Assembly: GCF_000143415.4 (NCBI RefSeq) | Contig: NW_003314293.1 | Span: 713,763 to 777,762, forward strand | Direction of reading: 5' to 3' | Length of the DNA: 64,000 nucleotides | From: Selaginella moellendorffii | Taxonomy: Eukaryota > Plantae > Lycopodiophyta | Translations under genes and position numbers: made by a program | Notes under the pieces: model-generated | What the model saw: only the letters and a program-made list of their open reading frames with translations | Told to the model about the DNA's origin: nothing | Databases searched by the model: none | Shown here: piece by piece, positions 1 through 9,439 of the stretch | Layout of the letters: every line of letters begins with the position of its first letter | How positions within the stretch are numbered: position 1 is the stretch's first letter

Positions 1-879
1 ATGGAGGCCGTGGTGGAGCTACAATTCCGGTTTGATTTTCTAGATCCACCAATTTCATTAACTGAGACCTTTTTATTCCTTTATTCTTTTTTCTCTCGCT
101 TGCTTGCAGATCGAGTACAAGGATCTGATCAGCGGGATCAAGTCAACTGAGCGTTTGCGAACCTCAGAATCGGTGGAAAGTACGTTGATTTCCCCAAAAT
201 TCCATTGTGATACTAAACGTCCTAGTGCGCAGGAGTGGCTGTCGATTCGAAAACCTTTACATATCTGTACGACGAGGGACAAATGGCGATTTTGATGGAG
301 TAAGTGCGCACATGTTTCTTCCAAGATGTAGCTGACGCGTTTGCAGTCCAAAAACGTTCGACCAGGTTACAGTGGACAAAGAGCTCTTTGGAACTGGAGC
401 TTCATATCTTTCAGGTGTGTCGTTTTGCGATTCCAAATCTCAGGAAAAAATGAGTTGTGTGTGATTTTGTTCTAGATGGAATGTCTGTGACGGTGCAAAT
501 GCACGAGGGTAAACCAGTGACTGCTTCGGTACCAGTTTCTCTGACATGCAAAGTGGTCGAAGCTGAGCCTTTTATGAAAGGCCAGACCCAAGCTGCAGCG
601 TAAGTTGCTATTTTCAAGCATCCTTTTGACTCCTGGCCACAGGTACAAGCACATCACGCTAGAAAATGGCAAAATAATCATGGTGAGTTTTGAGTTTTCT
701 CCTTCCGCATTCTACAATGGTGAACTCTCGTCTTTGCAGGCCCCTTGCTTCATCGTTAGTGGAGACCAGATAGTTGTCAACACAGTGGAAGACACTTACG
801 TGACAAGGTTAGGATGCATTCTCTTTTATGCCGAACAGTGGTCTTCATGTTCTGCTTCTACAGAGCTTCCAAAGAATAA
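1..879 (+). CDS. Organellar elongation factor P (EF-P) family protein, 3' part, multi-exon, 5' end outside window
   Basis: Manual splicing over short GT-AG introns gives GGRGGATIP-IEYKDLISGIKSTERLRTSESVE...DGMSVTVQMHEGKPVTASVPVSLTCKVVEAEPFMKGQTQAAA-YKHITLENGKIIM-APCFIVSGDQIVVNTVEDTYVTR-ASKE*. This matches the EF-P KOW/OB layout; stop TAA at 877-879. Confidence 0.85.
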
Positions 880-1227
880 CAAACACGACTCTCTTCCAAG
901 GAAGAGTAATCTCGGGGAGTTTAAAGAGTATCAAACAAAAGGTACTTTGCGGCGTTCAGTTTCAGTCCTAATTGCCTTACATCCTCCCGACAAAGCTTCC
1001 CTGGCTTTTAAGGATTTCTAGAGGGCGAGACTTCTTCTCTGGCCGGTGTGAAGAGACCGGGGAGGGGACCATTTCAAGCCAGATCTATTTCACGTGGTAT
1101 CCGACGGAATAACTTGTGCCAATGGTTCTCCGTCCGTCGCCGTGTTGGGTTCCTTTTGACGCGCTAGAGGAGTAGACATATAGACTTTCTGGGATCTGGA
1201 AGAAGAGCAGTGCTTCTCTAGAGCAAG

Positions 1228-2442
1228 ATGGGGGATAGTGAGCAGCACAGGCATTGGGAATGGTCCAGGCTTCCAGCTGAGCTCCGACACAGGATTCTTC
1301 ATCTTCTTCCGCTCTCTTCGGCTCTCGTCGCCCGAGCGGTATGCAAGGATTGGAAAGACTCGCTCTCGACGTGGTCTGGGCGGAAGTCGTGGTTTCTGGT
1401 GAAGGACGAGCAAGTCGAGCAAGAAGGCAGCTTGAAGTGGTCAATGGTTGATGCGGAGACAGGCAGCTGGATTCGTCTCGGTGGCCTCTCGCGCTTTGCG
1501 ACTTCCGTGGCTGCCGGGGACGGCCTGGTGTGCCTGTGCGTGGGGAATTCCGCGAGGCCCGAGTTTTACGTGGGGAATCCATTGTTTGAGAAGTCATGGC
1601 AGAAGCTACCGGAGCTCCCTCCGCTCAAGACTTTGACACTGGCGAGGCTGGTGCTGAGTGCCTCGGCGCTTACATGCGTCCTGGGCATTGTTTCCGAGGA
1701 GCCACCGGGTGTTACTGTCAGCGCCAGTGTCACTAGCAACAGCGGCAGTGGATCTTCAGGCTTCAAGGTCCTGGTTGGACGCTGCGGGTACATCGTTGTG
1801 TACGAGTCGCGAGCTGGAAAGTGGCGAGAGGTACAGGGAGACACGCCGGCGCTGGCTCTTCAGCTTCTCCAGGAGTCGGACGAGCGCAGCATTGTGCCGG
1901 TGAGACGAGGATCCCAGCTGCTGTGGTCGCCGCTCCGATCCAGCGGAGGTATAGTTGGTTTCGATTTCGCAGCTCTCACTTGGTTTGTCTTGGAAGCAAC
2001 GCTGTTTGAGCGCCTCAGCGCGGCTAGCTTGACTCGAGATCCCAGCTCCGGATCCGTCCTGCTCGTAGGAGCTCACCGGAGCAGCGGCTCTCACCACTAC
2101 AGGCACCTCAAAGTGTGGAGGCTGGACGAGGACGACGAGCTCGGCCAGGAGTGGAAGCCCGTGAACAGGATGAGAGACTACATGGTCCAGGAGATCTCGC
2201 CAAAGGGCTTCTTCGCGGCTCACTGGTGCTTGCGCGAAGCCAAGCTCATGCTGCTCACTTGCACGCTCGAGAAGTTCTCGCCCCAGCTCCGCGACTGGGG
2301 ATTCAAGCGATTGGTGCTGTGGTCGTTTGATCCTCACGCAGCAAAGTGGTCGTCGAATCCTCTGAGAAGACCTCTTCGAGATGTGGATCTGAGCAGCAGC
2401 GTGGTCTACTCTTTCCAGCCGAGGCTGGATTTCAGCCAGTGA
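1228..2442 (+). CDS. F-box protein (intronless) with degenerate kelch/FBA-like C-terminus
   Basis: 404-aa ORF. N-terminal F-box motif WSRLPAELRHRILHLLPLSSALVARAVCKDWK; 'GDGLVCL...VGNPL..SWQKLP' and terminal 'FQPRLD' are typical of plant F-box/kelch proteins. Confidence 0.9.
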   Translation: MGDSEQHRHWEWSRLPAELRHRILHLLPLSSALVARAVCKDWKDSLSTWSGRKSWFLVKDEQVEQEGSLKWSMVDAETGSWIRLGGLSRFATSVAAGDGLVCLCVGNSARPEFYVGNPLFEKSWQKLPELPPLKTLTLARLVLSASALTCVLGIVSEEPPGVTVSASVTSNSGSGSSGFKVLVGRCGYIVVYESRAGKWREVQGDTPALALQLLQESDERSIVPVRRGSQLLWSPLRSSGGIVGFDFAALTWFVLEATLFERLSAASLTRDPSSGSVLLVGAHRSSGSHHYRHLKVWRLDEDDELGQEWKPVNRMRDYMVQEISPKGFFAAHWCLREAKLMLLTCTLEKFSPQLRDWGFKRLVLWSFDPHAAKWSSNPLRRPLRDVDLSSSVVYSFQPRLDFSQ

Positions 2443-2459
2443 TCGACGGCTAGAAGCTT

Positions 2460-2593
2460 GCCACGTGCGACATCGGACGGCGGAGGTTTTTCTACGTGGC
2501 TAGCAGTCTGCCACGTAACTATGTGATCAGTCTGCCACGTGTAACATCAAACCGGGCTGCTAGATGATGGAACGGCTTGATTCGGCCACGTGT
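2460..2593. promoter_or_regulatory. Cluster of five G-box/ABRE-like ACGT elements upstream of the thioredoxin
   Basis: GCCACGTG, CTACGTGGC, GCCACGTA, GCCACGTG and GCCACGTG within ~135 bp, ending ~40 bp before the ATG at 2634. Confidence 0.6.
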
Positions 2594-2633
2594 ATTGTGA
2601 CTAGTGTCTAGAAAGTTTTCAAACACCTTGGAT

Positions 2634-3407
2634 ATGGCGGCCACGAGCTTCGCGAATGTGGCGGGGGTTCTCGGCGCGCCTGGCGCCAATCCGCCGATTT
2701 CTCGCTCTTCCGCAGCTGTTGTGAGGATGAATGCGAGCGGCGCGGCTGGAGAGAGGAGCGTGGCGCTTAGGGTTTCGTCGCCGGGCAGGGAAGGCAGGGC
2801 GGAGCTGGCGGTGATCTCCGGGGAAGCGGAACTTGATGAGGTTTTGCAGCGAGCGCAGGAGGACGATTCAATCGTTCTCATCGAATGGTCTCTTCTTTTC
2901 TCCTTTTGATTTGATTTTACATGGATTTGGAACAGGATGGCAGCGTGGTGTAGGAAATGCATCTACTTGAAGCCTCAATTGGAGAAGCTGGCTTTGGAAT
3001 TCCAGCACGGGTAAATTCCTTTCTATGATTCTTTCCTTTCCTTCTTTGTTGCCTCCCTTCGCTGACCTTTCTTCTGTCTTTGCTTTGCAGAGCAAAATTC
3101 TTTTGTGTGGACGTCAATGCCGTTCCACACGCATTGATTAAACGCGTTGGTGTTTCGGTATGTTCTCTCAATTGCGTGTTTGATTTGGTTTGTTCATCTT
3201 TTTTCCTTTTCCAGAGAATGCCAACTATTCAGGTCAGTCCATATCCATTTTGCTTGCATTCAAGTCGTGTGGTTGTTAACTTTTCCTGTTTTTCCTTATC
3301 CGTAGCTGTGGAAGAACAAGGAAAAGAAAGCAGAGATCATTGGAGGTCAAAAGGCCGAGCTGGTTGTGGAAGAAGTCCGGCAAATGTTGCAGACCCTCGA
3401 AAAGTGA
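2634..3407 (+). CDS. WCRKC: Chloroplast atypical thioredoxin, WCRKC type (5 exons)
   Basis: Transit-peptide-like N-terminus. Spliced core [27 protein letters not shown]...[59 protein letters not shown]; stop at 3405-3407. Confidence 0.88.
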
Positions 3408-3535
3408 CTCGTTCGTTGGTATTCTTCAGAAAGTCGATTTCTTCAGAAACCAATGTGCTGTTGTTTCGCTGAAACAGGAACTCGAGGACGATATTCCACC
3501 AACATTTTTATCCCTCGGACTAAAAGTGCCTGTAT

Positions 3536-6439
3536 ATGGTGGTATGTCTTTGTTTTTTCTACAGACTTGTAAATGAAAAGCTGAATCTCTACTTCAAGGT
3601 CTACTCGACGAGCCAAAGCAAAAAAACTTTGGTCAGAGATTTCCATGAGATCCATCAGAATAGAAACAAGGAGATCAGAGATTTGTCGCGCTTGATTGCG
3701 GCTATAAAGACGTGCATCAAGAGCAGGGATCTGGAAATGGGGTACAAACTTCACGCGGAGGCAGCTCAAAGTGGAGACGACTCAAACATTTANNNNNNNN
3801 NNNNNNNNNNNNNNNNNNNNNNNNNNNNNNNNNNNNNNNNNNNNNNNNNNNNNNNNNNNNNNNNNNNNNNNNNNNNNNNNNNNNNNNNNNNNATGTACGC
3901 CAGGTGTGGGAGCTTGACAGACGCTCGCAGGCTTTTCGACAGGATGGATCGCCATGACCTTGTGTCATGGAATGTTATGGTGCTGGGATACGCTGACAGT
4001 GGCTACGCAGAACTGGCACTGGACCTCTTTCAACTCATGCAAGCTGATGGCTTTGGTCCAAACTCTCGAAGCTTTGTAGCCGCCTTCAAAGCTTGTGCTT
4101 GTCTAGCAAAGCAAGAAGACACGGCGCTGATCGATGGGAAGCTTGTGAAGCTCAGGGCTCTCGAGAAAGGCATGGCTCTTCACTCCCAAGCTGCAAGTTT
4201 CGGCTGTGACATGGACAGATTCGTAGCAAACGTGTTGGTGGACTGTTATGCAAACTGTGGTAGCATGGAGGATTCAAGCAGGGTCTTCTACGGGATCCAG
4301 AGTCCGACGGTGGTTTCATGGACTGCATTGGTTCTCGGATATGCTGAAAACGGGCAGGGAGAGATGGCCTTGGAAGTGTTTTCACAGATGCAACACGAGG
4401 ATGCTGAGATGGATTTTCTAAGTTTTGTGGCGGCACTCAAGGCTTGCAGTGTTTTGGCCGTGAAGGAAAAGGCAGCAAAACGAGCCAATGGCTCCTTGGT
4501 GAAGATCATTTCTCTGGAAAGAGCCATGAAAATCCACTCCGAGACGTCAAGGAAGAAGTGCGATTCGGACTTATATGTGGCGAGCTGCCTGGTGGATACT
4601 TACGTCAAGTGTGGGAGCATGCTAGACGCGCGTAGGATTTTTGACAGGATGACGCAGCGGAATGTGGTCTCCTGGAATTCGTTAATCTTGGGGTATGCCG
4701 AGAATGGAGAAGAGGAAGTGGCTTTAGAACTGTTCGGGCGGATGAACAGCGAAGTCTTTAAGCCAGACGCTCAAACTTACGTTGCAGCGTTGAGCGCTTG
4801 CACTCGACTGGCGACTAAAGAAGTACCAAGGGACGCAGAAGATGCCTTTCAGATTTGGGCGAACTTTGTGGACCTGGAGAAGGGAATGGCTGTTCATGCA
4901 CGGGCTGCTACCGATGGCTTCGACTCCAACGTCTACGTTGCAAGCAGTTTGATCGACATGTATTCCAAGTACGGTGTCCCAGACGAAGCTCGAAAGGTGT
5001 TTGACGAGCTCCATCCTCCCAGGAACAACATCGTGACTTGGAATGTCATGATCCAGGGATACGTAGAGAATGGAGAAGCTGAGCTTGCTATTGAGCTGTT
5101 CACGTTGATGCTGCTTGAGGGGACGTGCTCGCCTAATGCTCGAACTTTCGTAGCTGCGTTCAAGGCGTGTACTCTACAAGCAGAGAAGGAACAGGAAGGA
5201 AGCAATCTTCCCAAAGTTATGGCCTTGGAGAAAGGAATGGCTCTTCACCGTTTAGCTTCGGACATGAGGCTAGACTCCGAAGCGTTCGTGGCAAGCTCTT
5301 TGATAGATCTGTACGCGAAGTGCGGCACTATGGACGATGCCTGGAAAGTTTTCGAGAAGACACCAAGGCGGGATATGGTTTTATGGACGGCACTTCTGCT
5401 TGGCTACGTCTCGAATGGTGATGAAGAGCGAGCTCTAGAGCTTGTCAAGTTCGTGGAGCTTGGCGATGATGCTGATCGATCGAGCATTCTCTCGGGACTC
5501 AATCTCTGCGCGTGCTTGGGATCCAGAGGGGAAGTGGACGCAAAGATGGTGTGCCTGGAGAGAGGCATGGCGTTCCACATTCAAGCTTACCATGCCGGCT
5601 GGAATGACTACGAGGTGGCTCGCGGACTTGTGGCGATGTACGCCAAGTGTGGGAGCATGGGGGATGCTCGACGAGTTTTCGACACGATGCCGAGAGACGA
5701 CGTCGCAGCATGGAACTCGATGGTCCTGGGCTATGCCGAGAACAAGCAAGCAGCGCTGGGCTTGGAGCTCTTTCGAGAGATTCCTCCTCGAGTTTTGGAC
5801 GCTCACAGCTTGGCTGCTGCTCTCAAGGCTAGTGGAAGCCTGGCCTCTCTGGGACGGGGCAAAGCCACTCATGCTCTAGCTTGCCGCCTGGGGATGGAAG
5901 AATCTCTCATCGTTGGGACTAGTTTGGTCGACTTCTATGGCAAGTGTGGAAGCATGGTGGACGCTCGACTGGTTTTTGATAAGATCTTTGCCAAGGAGCT
6001 AGCGGCCTGGACAGCTCTCGTGGAAGGCTATGGCCGTCAAGGAAGCTCCAAGCTTGTGATGGAGCTTCTTTGTGGAATGGACGAGGAGGGGTTTCGACCA
6101 GACGCTAAAACTCTGGCTAGCGTTATCACTGCTTGTAGCCACGGTGGCGAGCTAGAGGCCGCCAGGAAACTCTTTGCAGAAGTGATTCCTTCGCAGGATT
6201 ATTTCGTGCGCATGGTGGATCTTCTAGGTAGAGCCAATGAGCTAAATGCCGCAGTAGACATGGTTAGCTCGGTGGAAAGTGTTAGCAACGCTAAGTTGGT
6301 GGTGTTGTGGAGAATTATCCTAGATGCTTGTAGAAGGTGGAAGAATCTTGAGGTGGGAAAGGTGGCATTCAAGCGTTTGATGGATTTGGATGAGTTTGAT
6401 TCAGCGGCTTATGTACTATTCGCATCCAGCTATGATTAA
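3536..6439 (+). CDS. PLS-class pentatricopeptide repeat protein (truncated E domain, no DYW); start uncertain, spans an assembly gap
   Basis: Repeated 'MYAKCGSMxDARRVFD...VSWN..ILGYAENG..ALELF' P-L-S triplets with long 'ALEKGMALH' inserts; ends in E-like 'WRIILDACRRWKNLEVGKVAF...DSAAYVL'. Confidence 0.9.
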   Translation: MVVCLCFFYRLVNEKLNLYFKVYSTSQSKKTLVRDFHEIHQNRNKEIRDLSRLIAAIKTCIKSRDLEMGYKLHAEAAQSGDDSNIXXXXXXXXXXXXXXXXXXXXXXXXXXXXXXXXXXMYARCGSLTDARRLFDRMDRHDLVSWNVMVLGYADSGYAELALDLFQLMQADGFGPNSRSFVAAFKACACLAKQEDTALIDGKLVKLRALEKGMALHSQAASFGCDMDRFVANVLVDCYANCGSMEDSSRVFYGIQSPTVVSWTALVLGYAENGQGEMALEVFSQMQHEDAEMDFLSFVAALKACSVLAVKEKAAKRANGSLVKIISLERAMKIHSETSRKKCDSDLYVASCLVDTYVKCGSMLDARRIFDRMTQRNVVSWNSLILGYAENGEEEVALELFGRMNSEVFKPDAQTYVAALSACTRLATKEVPRDAEDAFQIWANFVDLEKGMAVHARAATDGFDSNVYVASSLIDMYSKYGVPDEARKVFDELHPPRNNIVTWNVMIQGYVENGEAELAIELFTLMLLEGTCSPNARTFVAAFKACTLQAEKEQEGSNLPKVMALEKGMALHRLASDMRLDSEAFVASSLIDLYAKCGTMDDAWKVFEKTPRRDMVLWTALLLGYVSNGDEERALELVKFVELGDDADRSSILSGLNLCACLGSRGEVDAKMVCLERGMAFHIQAYHAGWNDYEVARGLVAMYAKCGSMGDARRVFDTMPRDDVAAWNSMVLGYAENKQAALGLELFREIPPRVLDAHSLAAALKASGSLASLGRGKATHALACRLGMEESLIVGTSLVDFYGKCGSMVDARLVFDKIFAKELAAWTALVEGYGRQGSSKLVMELLCGMDEEGFRPDAKTLASVITACSHGGELEAARKLFAEVIPSQDYFVRMVDLLGRANELNAAVDMVSSVESVSNAKLVVLWRIILDACRRWKNLEVGKVAFKRLMDLDEFDSAAYVLFASSYD
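3793..3892. other. Assembly gap (100 N)
   Basis: Run of 100 N inside the PPR ORF. Confidence 1.
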
Positions 6440-6488
6440 GTGCAAATAATTCACTTGATTATTCTTTCTTTGTAAGAATGCGGCTGCT

Positions 6489-7457
6489 CTAAATGGAGCG
6501 AGCGGCAAAGGCTAGAGCTCCAATACCAATGGTGATAGCAATGGGGCCTCCATACTTGGTGCCAGAGTCTGCCACATTCACGCAAGAATCGAGCATGGAG
6601 TAGCCAGCCGAGTAGAGCTTGCTTCCCGCGATGTTGTAAAGAGCACGAACTGGAGCGAGCAGTGACTGGTATGCATATGGGAGGTATTCGCTTGCACCAA
6701 GGGCATCGAACAGAGAATCTAAGAACCATTCGCTGTGAACAGAGGCCACCACGTTATTGACAAGAATGTTGCCCGACAGTGTCAAGGGGTTGTAGAGTCC
6801 CAGCTTGTCAACCTTTGAGATCTCTGCGTATATCAAGATTGTGTTATTACAGAGCATTAAGAGGTGTGGTTTCTTGTACCTGTGATTGGTGAGGCTCCAG
6901 AGATTGTGGACAGGCTATCGCCAACTTTGAGATCAGCAGCTCGCTTGTAAATTATCTCTCCTTTGGTGTTAACTGGGACAAAGTGACCGGCTGTAAGCTC
7001 CAAGGTGTTGGCTTCGGTCTTGACTTGCACGAATTCAGAGACAACATCTAGATCCTTGTGACCAAACGCGTAGATATCCGAAAATGAATTCTTCCCAACA
7101 GCAACCTGTAGAAACTCATTAATCATGTGAAGCAAAGTGGATTACTAGCTAGGATCTTGCCTTATCTCCAATCTTAAGTTCCTTCATGGTCTTCATTTCT
7201 CCACTGTACATATGAACCATTGCATCACCTAGATAGATATTGCATGGTTACATAGCACAGTGTAATTTGTAGAGAATAACTTTATTACCTGGAAAGCATC
7301 CAGGGTTTTGACATATTCCATTGTTACATGTGAATCCAGTTAGCCCCGCTGTTGTGCAATCAGCAGTAGTAGTGCAACTCACTATATTAGTAGCAAATAC
7401 AGTGGAAAACAATCCAAGAAGAGAGACCACAGCAAACACAGCAGCTAGAGAAGCCAT
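6489..7457 (-). CDS. Hog/Hint-domain precursor copy 1: signal peptide + 4-Cys peptide + Hedgehog-type Hint + SRR-like region + hydrophobic tail (265 aa)
   Basis: Exons 7457-7289, 7228-7161, 7105-6880, 6823-6489 total 798 nt and stay in frame; intron 2 is GC-AG. Protein motifs: NPG|CFPGDAMV, MKELKIGDKV, IYAFGHKD, LELTAGHFV, AADLKVGD, GLYNPLTLSGNILVNNVVASVHS, LLAPVRALY, PIAITIGIGALAFAARSI*. Confidence 0.9.
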
Positions 7458-7964
7458 TGCCTTTCAAATATACTTAAGAAGACACTAAGCATATGAAGCA
7501 TCATTGGCCATGCACTGCTTAAATAGGATGAACTTAAACGTAATTACATGTGATATGATTTTCTGGGGAAGAATATGGGTGAGTGAGCGAAACATCTTAG
7601 CTATATCAATTGTCAAACATCTAGTACATATATTGTCTACCTAGTTCTATATTTTTAAGCAGGTGATGCTTTGGTACACCTGTATAATGCGATGGACTTT
7701 AAAATTGGATAATTCCAGTCTTCAACTATAGTAATTGCACTATTATGAACTAATAAAACCTTGTAATAAATTTTTTAATAAAGTTCTTTAAATGTTAGAA
7801 ATATATGTAAAGCTTTTTGCAATTGCCATAAATTACTTAGAATAATGAGTTTTGATATCATCAATTGAGAATTTATTTACATTTAGAAGGATTATATTAT
7901 TATTATAGTACACACAAACATTTACATGTGTTTACTTGCTCTTGAATATGAACTATTTCATTTC

Positions 7965-8120
7965 ATTTTTCTTTTTTGCCTTTTCATTTTCTTTTCTTTC
8001 ATTTTCATGGCTGGACAAACTCCTTATTTGATTCTAAAGTAACAATTGGTGCAATTTGTGTAATTGCTTGATGCTATATAGTTGCAATTGATCAATCAAA
8101 CTTAGTTGGTAATGACATTC
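7965..8120 (+). mobile_element. Short remnant of the Gypsy family 5' internal/gag-start region
   Basis: Reverse-complement similarity to 24190-24340 (aattgcttgatgc.atat..ttgcaattga...tgacattc). Confidence 0.6.
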
Positions 8121-8467
8121 ATGTCCAAATTAAAATAATCATATGACTAACTACACAAATATTAATATATGGCATTGTAACTGTACACCTCGAACTCACA
8201 CGTATAACTAAAAAAATTAATAAAAAAAACTCCACACATGTGTAAATATATAATGTATGCATACATAATCACATATTCATTGTTTTGTGTTGTAAACTTT
8301 AGTTTCCTCAAGGAAAAAATCCTTACTTTATACTTTTGACATCTATCTTTTTATGATGTTTTAATAAAATATCTTAAGTTCAATATAGTTGGTTAGAAAA
8401 ACCAAGATTAAAATGCTATGACGATAAACATGACAACAGTAATTCTTCATAAAAAAATTTGGCGGCT

Positions 8468-9439
8468 CTAAATGGAGCGAGCTGCAAAGGCTAGAGCTCC
8501 AAGACCAATGGTGACCGCAATGGTGGCTCCATACTTGGTGCCAGAGTCTGCCACATTCACGCAAGAATCGAGCATGGAGTAGCCAGCCGAGTAGAGCTTG
8601 CTTCCAGCGATGTTGTAAAGAGCACGAACTGGAGCGAGCAGTGACTGGTATGCATATGGGAGGTATTCGCTTGCACCAAGGGCATCGAACAGAGAATCTA
8701 AGAACCATTCGCTGTGAACAGAGGCCACTACGTTATTGACAAGAATGTCGCCCGACAGTGTCAAGGGGTTGTAGAGTCCCAGCTTGTCAACCTTTGAGAT
8801 CTCTGCGTATATCAAGATTGTGTTATTACAGAGCATTAAGAGGTGTGGTTTCTTGTACCTGTGATTGGTGAGGCTCCAGAGATTGTGGACAGGCTATCGC
8901 CAACTTTGAGATCAGCAGCTCGCTTGTAAATTATCTCTCCTTTGGTGTTAACTGGGACAAAGTGACCGGCTGTAAGCTCCAAGGTGTTGGCTTCGGCCTT
9001 GACTTGCACGAATTCAGAGACAACGTCTAGATCCTTGTGACCAAATGCGTAGATATCCGAAAATGAATTCTTCCCAACAGCAACCTGTGGAAGCTCATTA
9101 ATCATGTGAAGCAAAGTGGATTACTAGCTAGGATCTTGCCTTATCTCCAATCTTAAGTTCCTTCATGGTCTTCATTTCTCCACTGTACATATGAACCATT
9201 GCATCACCTAGATAGATATTGCATGGTTACATAGCACAGTGTAATTTCTAGAGAATAACTTTATTACCTGGAAAGCATCCAGTGTTGTTTTGACATATTC
9301 CATTGTTACATGTGAATCCAGTTAGCCCCGCTGCTGTGCAATCAGCAGCAGTATTGCACCTCACTATATTGGTAGCAAACACAGTGGAAAACAATCCAAG
9401 AAAAGAGATCACAGCAAACACAGCAGCTAGAGAAGCCAT
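8468..9439 (-). CDS. Hog/Hint-domain precursor copy 2 (266 aa; variant N-terminal peptide)
   Basis: Same 4-exon structure and splice sites as copy 1. Peptide TNIVRCNTAADCTAAGLTGFTCNNGICQNNTG|CFPG; no stops seen. Confidence 0.9.

Noticed and set aside
1-879. EF-P as bacterial contamination or recent HGT
   Set aside because: Multiple spliceosomal introns; plants encode organellar EF-P in the nucleus.
3400-3570. Spliced thioredoxin-PPR fusion
   Set aside because: The plausible donor at 3404 joined to the acceptor at 3477 runs into a stop; the thioredoxin ends normally at 3407.
6823-7300. Hint domain as a true self-splicing intein
   Set aside because: No terminal His-Asn/Gln plus Cys/Ser/Thr, no endonuclease and no split host protein; the motifs are Hog-type.
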